In this document: positions 22,951-34,975 of the stretch, one piece after another
Layout of the letters: each line of letters opens with the position of its first letter
Position numbering within the stretch: the first letter of the stretch is position 1
From: Cycas panzhihuaensis
Lineage: Eukaryota; Plantae; Cycadophyta
NCBI GenBank assembly: GCA_023213395.1
Contig: CM041465.1
Span: 187,557,741-187,621,740 of the forward strand
DNA: 64,000 nt
Reading direction: 5' to 3'
The notes under the pieces: model-generated
Seen by the model: only the letters and a program-made list of their open reading frames with translations
What the model was told of the DNA's origin: nothing
Databases searched by the model: none
Translations under genes and position numbers: made by a program

Positions 22951-25065
22951 TGTGGTGAGCCTACACCACATGTTAGAGAGGGCTATGACCCTCCATCATA
23001 TGAGGATTAATAGGATTGGTTGATATAAAGGTAGGCATATAATAATATGGGGGTGAGTGTTATACATACCCCACTCTATTGTAAAGAGGAGAATATGATA
23101 CAATGATATGTTAATGGATGTTCTTCGGAACCCTACCTTCTTCTTTCATCTTATTTCTTCTATTTCTCTGTATATTTCTTTATATTGATTTGGTTACCGG
23201 ATAAGCATGTAACAAGTGGTATCAGAGCTGCGTTGCGATCGTGGAAAACTGCCTGAAAGATCAGAACCATTTTCTGATCCATACAAGAGCTAGGGATCCA
23301 TTTTTGCCAATTTTTTTTTCAAGGGTTTTAGCACATGAAAGTTCTACTCGTTGGGATCAAAGACGAAAGATTCTCGAGGAAACATTAAAGAATTCAAGAT
23401 GAAAGGGCCCGTGCCATAAATTTTGAGTGGTCATAGTGCTGGCTTTGGTGAAAACTTGCAGAAATCATAGCCAATTTTATTTCAACCTACTTTCCGTTGA
23501 CGTATTTTTGGGACAAATCTGTAACCTCAACTTCAAAGAGCCATAACTTTGGCTACAAGTGTCCAAATGACCTCAAATTTTTTTTGATTCTATGTGTTTT
23601 TAAATTTTCTTTCCAATGGAAGTGGTTTGAAGTCAATCAGAGGTCAGAGCAGGGAGTTATTGGCATTTTATTAGAAGGTACTATTACAGTCTTTAGAAAC
23701 CCTAGCAACAAATTTCTTAAACAGCTATAACTTTTGATTTAGACGTCAGAATTTAATTCCGTCTAAACCGTTGGAATCGTATTTTTGTGGCCGTGACTTT
23801 TAGCCATATTTTATGTGCTTTTGGGCCATATTTTTTTTTAGAATTAAAATTTTAAAGTTAAAGTTAAAGTTTCTATATTGTATTTGGCTGTTCAGACCTT
23901 GGTCATAAAACCATTGCTCTTGAGGCCTAATATCTCTTTGTATTAAAATTGGGGGATAACTGGCTATAGACACCCCCTAGTCTCTCCTATACCCACATCA
24001 ACATGGCTACAAAAAGACCCATACCTCGCATATTTAATGCAGATGGAACTCTCTCTATAAAAGACTGGCTCAATGATATGTCTACATATTTAAAATCACT
24101 TGATGCTCACTATATAGGCAACATAGAGTTGACTAAAGTAGCCTCATTGTATCTACAAGGAGAAGCTTATCTTTGGTTTAAGCAGTGGTATAACACACCT
24201 GGTCAATGTACTTCATATTTATGGTTTGAGTTTATCATCGGTTCAAAATATGATGATTCTTGGTGGAATCAGATGCAAAGTCTTGAGCAAGACAAAGAAG
24301 AAGCTCGTCAAATACTTGAGAAATATAATCGTAAGGTGGAATAAGGAATTCTCCCCACTCCTCAAAGTCAAGAGCAAAAGAAAGATGATAAGGGAGAAAA
24401 GGAGCAGCAGGGTAACACAGTAGAAACTGTTTGTCATTCCACACCACTAGTCGTAGTCAAGGACAAGGAAGACCATCACTCATCAAAAGCTGGAGCACAT
24501 ACCAAAGTGGGACCTTATCGACACCCACATTATCAAGAGACTCAGCATCGACGCACATATTATACAAAGCCCTCACAAACTAAGTACCGCAAGCATACAA
24601 ATCATTCAAGCTTGAGGTTCCAAGGTTATAGAGATACCGGACACATAAAGATCTACTTGGGATGGATAGATCCTTATTCTATGCGCAGATTTTCAGACAA
24701 CCTTCAATGGACCTATCGGTTGGACACCAATAGCAGGAGGTGGTCACATGCATCTATGTATCAGGATGCTTCGAGGGCGAAGCATCTAAGGGGAGAGGGA
24801 ATATGGTGAGCCTACACCACATGTTAGAGAGGGCTATGATCCTCCATCATATGAGGATTAATAGGATTGGTTGATATAAAGGTAGGCATATAATAATATG
24901 GGGGTGAGTGTTATATATACCCCACTCTATTGTAAAGAGGAGAATATGATACAATGATATGTTAATGGATGTTCTTCGGAACCCTACCTTCTTCTTTCAT
25001 CTTATTTCTTCTATTTCTTTGTATATTTCTTTATATTGATTTGGTTACCGGATAAGCATGTAACA
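22951..25065 (+). mobile_element. Non-autonomous chromovirus-derived LTR element N3 (TR-GAG/TRIM-like, 2115 bp), most similar LTR pair in the window
   Basis: 264-bp LTRs at 22951-23214 and 24802-25065 (4 transitions), TSD ATTAG. PBS TGGTATCAGAGC at 23217-23228 and PPT AGGGGAGAGGGA near 24789. Gypsy gag fragment at 24003-24344 (ASLYLQGEAYLWF), and a 3' end similar to chromovirus H at 45203-45238. Confidence 0.95.
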
Positions 25066-26005
25066 ATTAGGGTGTAAATATTCCTTTGGCAATTGTATTT
25101 ATGCACTGGTTTTGTGCATTGTAAAGATGGAGGGATTTTAATGAGAATGAGATGAATTTATATGTTCAGATTAATTAATTTTTTTTCGAATATTACATAG
25201 GTCTATCATTCTCATGTTTGATCCTGGATGCATTAGTTTCTACAACTTAAAACATTCTTCCTTACCATGTTATTTGTACCTTAGGTTTGATTTCACATTT
25301 ATTGCTTTGGCTTATGGCAACATTAGTAAGTTTACTGATACGGGACTCTCTTTGCTAACTTAGATCCCCATGACTTAGGGCAGTCTAGCAACAGAGACTT
25401 CGGTCCCTATTTGTTGGTTTTCTGAGTCCACTGTGCTTTCCTATTTTCTTGCCATATGAATTCTGAATCCCTGGGGAGCTACGTAGCAACAGGGAATTGG
25501 GTACTTAATTGCAAGGAAGCTGATTCAAGTATGTGTGCCTGTTTTCTTGGTATTATAGTTTTGATTCTATGGTCTTCAAAAGAAAAAAAAAAATTCTGGA
25601 ACATGCAAGTATATTAGGGAATGGCTGCTAATCTGTATTCTTTGGTAGAAAAATTCAGACTTTCATTTAAAGGCAGGGTGTGGAGAACACATGGATGCTA
25701 TTGTTGCAAGGATCTGTTTCTGATTGCACATATATAAAAGGAATTTGTTTAATAAGTTTTCTCTGCTGTATATCAGGCTGAATGGTATTTTTTGGGCATG
25801 CTGCTGAGACGGGCTGCTGTAACCAACTACAATTTTGTATTTGAATACTTAGGAATAAAAAATGTGCTAAAATTGATATTTAACAAATGGGACTTATGTG
25901 TTTCGGTCAATATGGTTGATGGATTAGATTGGCCAGCCTAAGCCTGCTTCTTGTGCAATAAATATAGGGAACTGTTTTTCTTCTAAAAATGTTGCTTCTG
26001 TACAG

Positions 26006-28646
26006 TTTTGCAAGGCTTGAAAGAAAAATATGAGGAAGCTTTACGACGACACGATGTGAAAGCAATAGTTCTTACTGGTATGTACAATGCTGATACCTTT
26101 CAGTGATGCATTCTTCATTAATTTATGCAAATTATCATTTAGAGACATTGCAATGCACTGAGCTAGACAAGTATGAATATATCATGTTTATTTATTGTGA
26201 GTTTTTTTCATTAACTGACAATGGTTCTTTGGAAAATCTGACAGGCTCAGGTGGCAAATTTTGTGGGGGGGCTGATATAGGAACCTTTGGGAGCATCCAA
26301 AGTGGGGGTATCACTATTGATTTATATTTTCTTTGTTCGTGTCACTTTGTTAAATTCTTCTTTCTCTGAGCAAGTCGTTCTGGTCACACAGAAGCACAGT
26401 CCCAACTGGAATGGATCTCGGTGGAACTCATAACCGAATCATTGGAAGGTATCATTCATTTGAAGCGCACTTTCTTTTAATAGATTAGTCTATTTTTCAC
26501 AAGGAAGCTATCAGAATTGTATTTACATGCACTTCTTGTTTGTCATATGTTGGATTTGTACTTGTTCTTCTGCAATTCCCCTTTTTTCATTGTTTCTTAG
26601 GTGGCAAGAAACCTTCAGTTGCTGCTATTGACAGTCTTGCTCTTGGTGGTGGGCTTGAGTTTGCAATGGTAGGCAATCATGCTTCAGGTTCTATGCATAT
26701 ATTGGAGGAATTGAAATATCTTGTTAGCCTTGTACACCTGTGTGGGATTTTATTGGTTATTACGAGCAAAGGAGCTATATGATGAAACAAGTTAATTTGA
26801 CAGGACATATCCCTATCCTTGTACACTTGTGTTGTCTGTGCAGGCTTGTCATGGACGTATTGCCACCCCACAGGCTCAACTTGGCTTGCCTGAACTCCAA
26901 CTAGGACTCATTCCTGGTTTCGGTGGTAAGTTTTTGGTGAATTGTAAAATTATACTCCAAGAAATGACTGCTAGGAGTAGTCTTGTTCAGAATATGTTGT
27001 TTTTATGTCTCAAATTCAAGTATTTGATTCTTTCTTTGGGTATGTGTTTTTGTCCACTACAATTTTATGGCTGAAAGTTAAAACCACCAGAGTTAGATGT
27101 TCAAACCAACATATGATAATAATTTACAGCTATACTAGTTCCAACATGTAGCCAATTGTATGAATGAGGGAGATTTTGGTTTTGAAATGGGCTTTATAAC
27201 ATAGGTTCTCACGAAGAGGACAGAGGATATCATCTTTTACACAAATATTATTCCACACTGTTACAATTTTAATGAATACAATATAATATAAAACAAAATA
27301 GAGTAAAATGGTAATATAATATCTTATGATATTGTATTATATTATGATCTGTTATTTTATACTATCATATCAAGGGGCCAACCTTTGCCATGGAGAATGG
27401 CCAGTCTTTTTAATGTTCACGTAGCAACTAGGATTGTTTTCTTGACAGTGGTAATGGTTTAATGATTGAGTATTTTGAAATGCCATACTGCTAAATCCTG
27501 CAGGCTATTGTTGGATTCTTTTACAATATATATTGTTATCTTTCATAGTGATGAGAACATGTTTGTGCTCCCAGCATTCTTGAAACCCCTTGCAAATCTT
27601 GAAATTGTTTTGAGAAATGGTTTCTGGTCGTAGCTGCCTGTATCCTTAAGCTGACAACACTCTTTGTTGAGGAATACAAAGTTCAAATGAAAGTTTATAT
27701 CTGCATGCTTACCATTCATCTAATGATTTTGGGGACAGCATGTCATGGCCAAAATTGATGATTGATGGTTGTTGTTTCCTTTATTGGTTAGTTAGTGCTG
27801 CCTGGTGGAGGTCTACAATTTCCCTATTGATATGCATCTTAAAATTTAATATCCATGTCAATCGTTTTTGGTTACAATACCTCTTATATAATTGCTGTGA
27901 GCGAGTCCCAGAGTTGTCACATGGGTGGCCTATCTTTTGAAGAGGTATCTACCATGCTTTCCTCTGGATTTCCTGCTGCATGCCTGGTTTTCAGGCTTAA
28001 TGCTTTCATAGGTTGCTTTAATTTTGCAGTGTAAGTAATGTATATGTCACAGCATCACAAAACTAATTTTGAATTTCCTCGATCCATTTGTTTATCCAAT
28101 TAATTTGTTTCTTTCAGGCACACAGCGGCTTCCGCGCCTGGTTGGCCTTTCAAAGTCACTTGAAATGATACTTGTAAGATATTTTTCATACGCGTGTCTT
28201 TGCATGTTCTTTTCTATAACATTTGTACTGAAGAGCACTCATTGTGCTGTAACGTGCTTTTTTTTTCCAATTACAAATATTCAGGGATTATTGTCTTTGT
28301 GCCATTCTTCATCTGTAATGCTTTGTGCATCTCACCACTGCAGTTGTCAAAGCCGATCAGGTCAGAAGAGGCTAATGACTTGGGACTTGTGGATGCTATA
28401 GTGCCGCCTGTAGAGCTGCTAAGCACAGCTCGGTGCTGGGCATTGGACATTGCAGAGTTTCGGAGGCCTTGGATACGAAGCCTTTACAAGACTGACAAGC
28501 TAGAACCTTTAGGGGAGGCACGTGAGATCTTAAAATACACAAGGATTCAAGCTCAAAAGAGAGCTGCCAATCTTAGGCATCCACTTGTTTGCCTTGATGT
28601 TATTGAAGAGGGCATTGTTTCTGGAGCTATGGCTGGTCTTCAGAAG
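26006..28646 (+). CDS. MFP2: Peroxisomal fatty acid beta-oxidation multifunctional protein (enoyl-CoA hydratase domain), internal exons: 26006-26077, 26245-26307, 26392-26448, 26601-26668, 26844-26925, 28118-28173, 28344-28646
   Basis: All introns are GT-AG and in phase. Spliced peptide: VLQGLKEKYEEALRRHDVKAIVLTG SGGKFCGGADIGTFGSIQSG EAQSQLEWISVELITESLEG GKKPSVAAIDSLALGGGLEFAM ACHGRIATPQAQLGLPELQLGLIPGFGG TQRLPRLVGLSKSLEMIL LSKPIRSEE...TDKLEPLGEAREIL...HPLVCLDVIEEGIVSGAMAGLQK. KPSVAAID, ELQLG and PLGEAREIL favour MFP2 over AIM1. Confidence 0.95.
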
Positions 28647-30369
28647 GTAGGAATGTGTGTGATTTCAAGTGCATGATTGCTTCACTTTTCTCTCCTGAGA
28701 ATCAAATATGGGGGTGCATGATGCTGAGTATCTTTTCTCTTGGCTAACCTCATATTGCACTGTGATACTATCAACTGTGAACAGGGATATACAGGATAGC
28801 ATCAAATGCATATTTTTATGGTACATTTATATATTTGAAAGGGAAATAGGCACCTGATAAAGACATATATTAGTTATTTGAGATAGACCAACTACTATAT
28901 TCATGGGGTGACAAGTGATATATTAGTGAATAATGGCCACAACTACCATCTCCCGACTATATTATGTAATATAATGGTATGTCCTCTTATCTATTACTAG
29001 AACATGTTTGTGGCAAATGACTGTGATGATGGCCATCCTTTGATAATGAGAGTTTTGGTAGTGCCATGGAATTCATAGCATTGATCCTTTGAAGAGGATA
29101 AAGAATGCATGGATCAACTTTTTTACAACTACTATTTAATATCTATGGAAATTTGTCCTACAATATAGTCATATATAATATGATACAATACAAAATAGTA
29201 TGATATTATATTATGTTAAAAATGACACATTAGGGGATGGTGCATCAACCCTTCGAGGTTACATGCTGATTTTACAGTCAAATAACAGCAGAAATACTTG
29301 AATGCCACCAATTATCAAAAGTTTGAAACAATAGAGTACTAGTAACAGCTCCAAATTACATTGAAAATAAGAAGTACTGAAATGATAGCAAATATTGCAA
29401 TACACTAAGGAATAAAATCATAAGAAACATGATAATTTCACAAGACAATGAAATGTTATTCAATAATGCAACTTATCTCTATGATAAAGCATCTGTAAGA
29501 TAGTGGAATGTCTTCTATAGTTGTCCTCCATCTTTGAGGCAAGGGTGCCTCTAGAAATAACACCTCCTTTCGAAGAAGAGAAAAGAAACTCCAAATGTTG
29601 ATATTCCAAATAACTTTTTCATTCTTTATAGATAGGTGCACATTCCTTAATTATTTTAGTCTAAGGTCTTAAAATAGTTAATATTCTAGAGTGGATTGGC
29701 CTTTCATAATTTGTATCTGTGACAACAAACTTAAAATTACCACAACTTTTTTATACAATGTCAATTTGTGGTCCACGACTACTTGTTTCAAAGCCAATCA
29801 AAAGCTCTACACCACGATCCATGTTTTACAACTTTTTTTGTTCTCCCTTGAATATTTTAAGATCATAATTGCAAAAATATACAATTTCTTCTCCTTTCAA
29901 AGGTGATTGGTTCCATTGGGAGGAGCCAACACACAACAATTCTCCTTTTCTTAACATGCTTTGCCATCAAAGCTTGGGTATAGGTGGACAATGTTGCCAC
30001 CATGATTCACCTTGCATGTGAAGTTGGTGCATATGTTTAGGGATTGACCCAACTTGGTCAACTTGGTTACAGGTCAATTCTCTATCGTGAGAATAGAATG
30101 CAACAAATGGATGTGTAGACATTGGCAAATAATTATCATAGTGATGTTTTCCTAATGGTGATAATGTTGGTGGAAAATTGGTGTTTATTATCATAGGTTT
30201 TCAAGGAAAACATAGGGAACCAGTATCACATCTATAAAAGGCTTGTATGATTGCATTGAGAGAATGCACCCTAATCAAATTGTTCAACAAAAAATATGAG
30301 ATCAAATAAATGAATATAGCAAAGAAGAATGGCTTCGTACATGTAACACATCTAAAGAAGAAAGGAGGT

Positions 30370-30600
30370 GTGCCACAACATTGTCTAGGTGGAAGTCTTA
30401 TGGATCCTCTATGCCATAGTTACAAAAATTTGCACTTTGTATATTGGGTCAATCTAGTAGTGTCCTTGCTTGTGAAAGGAATTGGAGTGGATTTTAGTTT
30501 ATTTACTCCAAAAAGAGAAATAAATTGAATAAAAAAAAACGAAGTTCTTGTTTTTGTACATAGCAATTTGCACTTGCTTGGTCATAGTTTGTTAAAGAAA
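30370..30600 (+). pseudogene. hAT DNA transposase C-terminal dimerisation-domain remnant
   Basis: Hand translation gives WKSYGSSMP*LQKFALCILGQSSSVLACERNWSGF*FIYSKKRNKL...LVFVHSNLHLL. CERNWS is the characteristic hAT motif. Confidence 0.8.
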
Positions 30601-31650
30601 CATCTAAATATCACATTGATAGTCCTCATCTTGAATATTATGTTGATGTTGATATAGGTGAGGAAGACAAAGATGTAGATGATGATGCTACTTTGATATT
30701 CAATGTTTGTTTTTTTAAAAACAATTATGAAAATGCATATTAAAAAAAAAAAAAAAAAAATCTCTATCCATTTTTAATCAAAATTTTTCCCTTTTTTTTG
30801 CAATGTTATATTTGTTTATTTTCTTTGACCTATCAATTTTTTGTTTTTTTAGAACATGGCTGTTATGATTATATGCCTATATAATTTTAATTAATATAAT
30901 ACAATATCCCTAACAATTATAAGTTGTGCATAAATGATGCATATTACCTTAAGTCCTTATAAAGAGCTTAGAGAAACGATAGATCGATTTTAAATAAATT
31001 ATTATTCTATATCCATATAATTTTAGCTAATATAACATAATCTAAAATAATATAATATATGTTACTATAATATAATATAAAATAAAAGACTATGGTATAA
31101 TAATAAAATACTCATCTTTATTATGGAGGATGGGTGTGTATAGAACACTAGCTCTAGCAAATAATTTTCAATGCAACACTTCCGCAATGATGAGATTTTG
31201 ATGCTTAAATAGTGTTTTATGTCATTAGTCATCTTGTAAAGAAAAAGGAAAAAAAGTAAAGGAAAAAGAAGCGATTTTTTGGCTTCTTAATAAAATTATT
31301 TGAGTCGGCTTCTAGCTATTTATCCATGCTATCTTTAAAAAAAAAGGCCCTGGTAAATATAAAAGGATAGGTTTTTATAATATTGCGGTAAATGCATGCT
31401 TTTTTCTGCATAAATAATTCTTTTCTTATATGCTCATCCATTCTCAGAATCTTGCCGAGGGGATTGACCTAATTTGATTAATCCCATTCATTTGATTAGT
31501 AGGAGGAAGGTGACTTGTAATGAACTTCAATGAAGGGGCAAAGTCAACCCTGTTCACTGGGGTTAATGGGTATGTATAAAGGGACGAAAGGTAGAGAAAA
31601 TAAATTAATGATTGATCTTTTGAAAATTCTATTCCTTGGAAATTTCATCA

Positions 31651-32669
31651 TGTTGAATATTAGTTGTCAATTGCATAGTGTATATCAAATCCCCTCATAC
31701 TCTCTCATAAATATTTGTCAATTTTATATTGCAAGCACATTGAAATATGTGCCAATCGTAATGTGTCCAAAGTACACATAGATTGAATTTTTAGATTCTC
31801 TATTTGAGGTGAGATGTATTATAAATATGTACATGATTCCTTGAATAAAATGAAGTTAAGCCATTCTTCCATATTTGGTGTTCAGTATGCTTTGTGCATT
31901 AATATTCTTTGTGCATATTTTATTCATTTGAGCATTCTTTATCTCATCATTTACTCGCCTCTTGTCCATTGATCGAATCCTTGTTGTGTCCATTCACTTA
32001 CCCATTTGCTTCTGTTTGTACACCCAACTTTGTGCTATCATAGCCCTCTAAAATTCCAACATGGTATCATGGCCAATTGCTCAATCTTAGAGGTAGTTAG
32101 AGCCTAGTTTATTTGAATTTCTAGAGCCATTTTTTAAAAAGAATTTGAAGACTTTATGAAACCAATTTTTGTGCTTGGTTTGACCAACTATTGGGGATAA
32201 CATTTTGAAACATTATGAAAGTTTTTTTGAGGCAAGTTTGAAGCTGCATATAAATGAGTATTTATGGTGAAAAGTGCAATTAAATGCCTTCAAAAAGGGT
32301 TTTTCTTGTGACCTATTTTTTCTCATGCATGTAGCGCCAAAAGTATGTAGCATGCGAGTTGTTTATTGAGTGTCACAAATATGTTTTTTCAACTTAATTT
32401 TTAGAAGAAAAAAGAAAGAGGCTAAAAATTGCAAATGCAAATTTGATCACCTTCTAAATGCAATAAAAGCACTCTAAAAAAATAAAAGATAAAAAACAAA
32501 GAAAAAATGATGAAAACAATGGTTGAGATATGGCTTAGTTTGGAGGCCATTACAAGCATTCCATGATTGGGATTCACTACCAGAATAAGGCCCAAAAAGG
32601 AGGTCATTCATTTTTTTTTCTTGACTATTTTTGTTGTAGTAGCTATAAATCAAAGTTGTTGTGTGCTTC

Positions 32670-32736
<67 letters not shown>

Positions 32737-34975
32737 GATAAAGTGAGTTGTATGTTTCATAAAAAATAGGAGAAAATATTTCTGAAAGATGTTTTTGTAG
32801 ATGTTGTTTTTGGACTATTGAAGAAACCCACTAGGGTTTCGAAAAAAAAGTGAAAAAATGAAAAAGGTTTCTGATATAGTTGTCAATGATTTCATCCCTA
32901 GTAGGGTTGTTTTCTAGGGGCTCCATAATGATGGGCTAGTGCTCGTAGTCATAGTCATCCAAGGGAATGGTCTCCTTTGGGAGGTCTATTGCTTTAATTT
33001 GGGAAGGGTCTATAATTGTCTTTTTCCAGGTTCAATATACCTAGAACCTCAATCCAGTGCAAAATATGGATGTTGTGCTCCATGACCGCCATCATCATAT
33101 CCAAAAGAGTCATGCCTGAAGCAGTTGTGATCCAAATCTCTATCTAGTCACCTGTTATACATGTCTTCAGAAGGCGGAAATGAATATCTACTAGTTTGAG
33201 TTAGCATTACCCCACCTTGTACAAAGCCTTCACACCTTGACTCATAGCTTCCCTTATAGGCATCTTGCCTGGTTCCAACAACAACCCTTGTAGCAAAGTC
33301 ATTGCTTAACCTAGTATGAGGGAGTCAACTTGTCCTATCATTACTGCCATCGCCCTCTCCTACTAGGTTCATTCAAAATGATGCCATCATTGAAGATGTA
33401 TTCAAAAGAAATGCTTGACTCTCCATAGCCACTAGATGTGGAGAAATGAATTTGCAAAAGAACACAACCCATGACTTGCACACATCTAAGAAGTTTATTG
33501 AAGCCCTTTAGGAATTCTTGTTGCCTCTGCAATTTGACAAATGTCCCTGCAACACAAATCAAAAAATTGTTGAACAGTGAATGACGAATAGGAAACTTAG
33601 GGTTATTTTTTCACAAAAAATTTTAAAATATTAAACTAAATTGAAATAGTGTTTTAAATTTGTCAACCCCGCTATGACAACCCATGGTCACATGAGGAGC
33701 CCATGTGATCAACTTTTAGTGTGGGAGAGGCTTAATGCCTATTTTTCAATGCCTTTAGTGATTTTTTTCATACTTGTCTTTACATTTTTTAGCATGACTT
33801 TTGTATATAGAGTTAGGTTTAAGATTCAAAAGAAGCGTAAGGGAGCCAACTTAGCTACCTACACAATCACTAATCACACAAAGCATTTTGCTACTATTTT
33901 GTAGCAGAAAAATCAATTTGAAGTTTAGTGAAGGGCTAACAAGGCCAATTTTTTTTAAATTTTTAAATATTTGAGGCACATTTATTATTATTTGTTCCAA
34001 GTTATTTTATGATATTTTATTGATGTAAATATACCCCAAATGGGGGTAGTAGGCTCTAATTTTAAGCTCTTGAGAATTAGTTTTTATAGAAAATTGTCAA
34101 ACAGAAAAAATTCAAAAGGGAGAGTATAATTTTATGGTTGAGCCACATCTTATTTTTAGTCATGTTTAAGTCATCATCTTTGTAATTGCTAGATATTTGT
34201 AAGCCTAAAGGACATTTATGAGGCCAAAAAAAAGTCATTTTCTTATGTGTATTTTAGCTAGTAGATGCCAATGAAACTACCCTAGCCCTATAAGGCAAGA
34301 AGTGGGACACATTTTATGCTACTCCTACATATATTTTTCAACATATTTGATAGGCAATGTAGGGTAGTGTGTTCCTAGAGTGTAATTGATGGGTTGTTGA
34401 CTAAACCACAAAACTAAAGGATCTACCTAGCGAATTGACAGTTGTAGTGGTTGGTTATCCCTGTAGACTGACAAATGGAATTTCTTTAATATGAATGTCA
34501 GCAGGATTGCAGACCATTGAAGCAACTTGATTTCTAGTAGATTTAAAGGCCAAAGAAATTATATTTTAATGTGATGTTTATCATTATGTAATTGTATATT
34601 ACACAGGATAAATGTTGGGTAATAGTATTCAATTATATATTATGTATATTAAATTCTCCTTGCTCTTTTACAAATATTGTCAATTTTATATTGTAAACAT
34701 ATTGAAATGTGTGCAAAGTAGGCATAGGTTGACTTTTTATGTTTTCCATTTGAGGTGAGATGTATTATAAATATGTACACAATTGAATAAAATGAAGTTT
34801 CGCCATTCTTCTATATTTGGTGTTCAATATTCTTTATGTATATCTCATTCATTTGAGCATTGTTTGTTTCATCATTGTCTTGCCTCTTGTCCATTAATCA
34901 AGTCTTTGTTGGGTCCATTTGCTTCTATTTTTCATGCCTAAGTCTGCACTATTGTAGCCCTCCAAAATTCTAGCA
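31651..34975 (+). mobile_element. Old non-coding LTR element (LARD-like) J
   Basis: Diverged direct repeats at 31651-32061 (TGTTG...CAACA) and 34613-34975 (TGTTG...TAGCA). PBS TGGTATCA at 32062. Flanks are CATCA/TGTCA. No recognisable pol and no clear PPT. Confidence 0.72.
32672..32733. repeat. (TA)n microsatellite, about 30 units
   Basis: Seen directly in the sequence. Confidence 0.97.

Larger units (their letters stand above)
14924..25254 (+). mobile_element. Ty1/Copia element B (leader, gag-PR-INT-RT-RH, PPT, 3' LTR), heavily degenerate
   Basis: gag from 15571, continuing at about 19037 (RSLPTEYENFTT). PR WFID*GASRH near 19563, INT 19920-20800, RT near 21720 (YIDD), RH 22340-22790. PPT AAGAGGGGG near 22806. 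The 3' LTR runs about 22815-25254 and is split by N3; its ends are approximate. Confidence 0.85.

Noticed and set aside
25255-26005. Possible MFP2 exon 1 or promoter
   Set aside because: No sequence encoding the expected N-terminus (GVAVIT..NPPVN) was found; it looks like ordinary intron.
26103-28676. ORF-track entries (26103-26369, 26540-26782, 26829-27074, 28069-28401, 28194-28676) as separate genes
   Set aside because: Each is one MFP2 exon plus read-through into intron sequence.
27280-31110. Recurring ATAAT/ATATT-rich patches (about 27280-27370, 29160-29220, 31030-31110) as a MITE family
   Set aside because: No terminal inverted repeats or TSDs could be identified; consistent with degenerate AT-rich simple repeats.
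32563-32769. ORF with YIYIYI repeats
   Set aside because: Translation of the (TA)n microsatellite.
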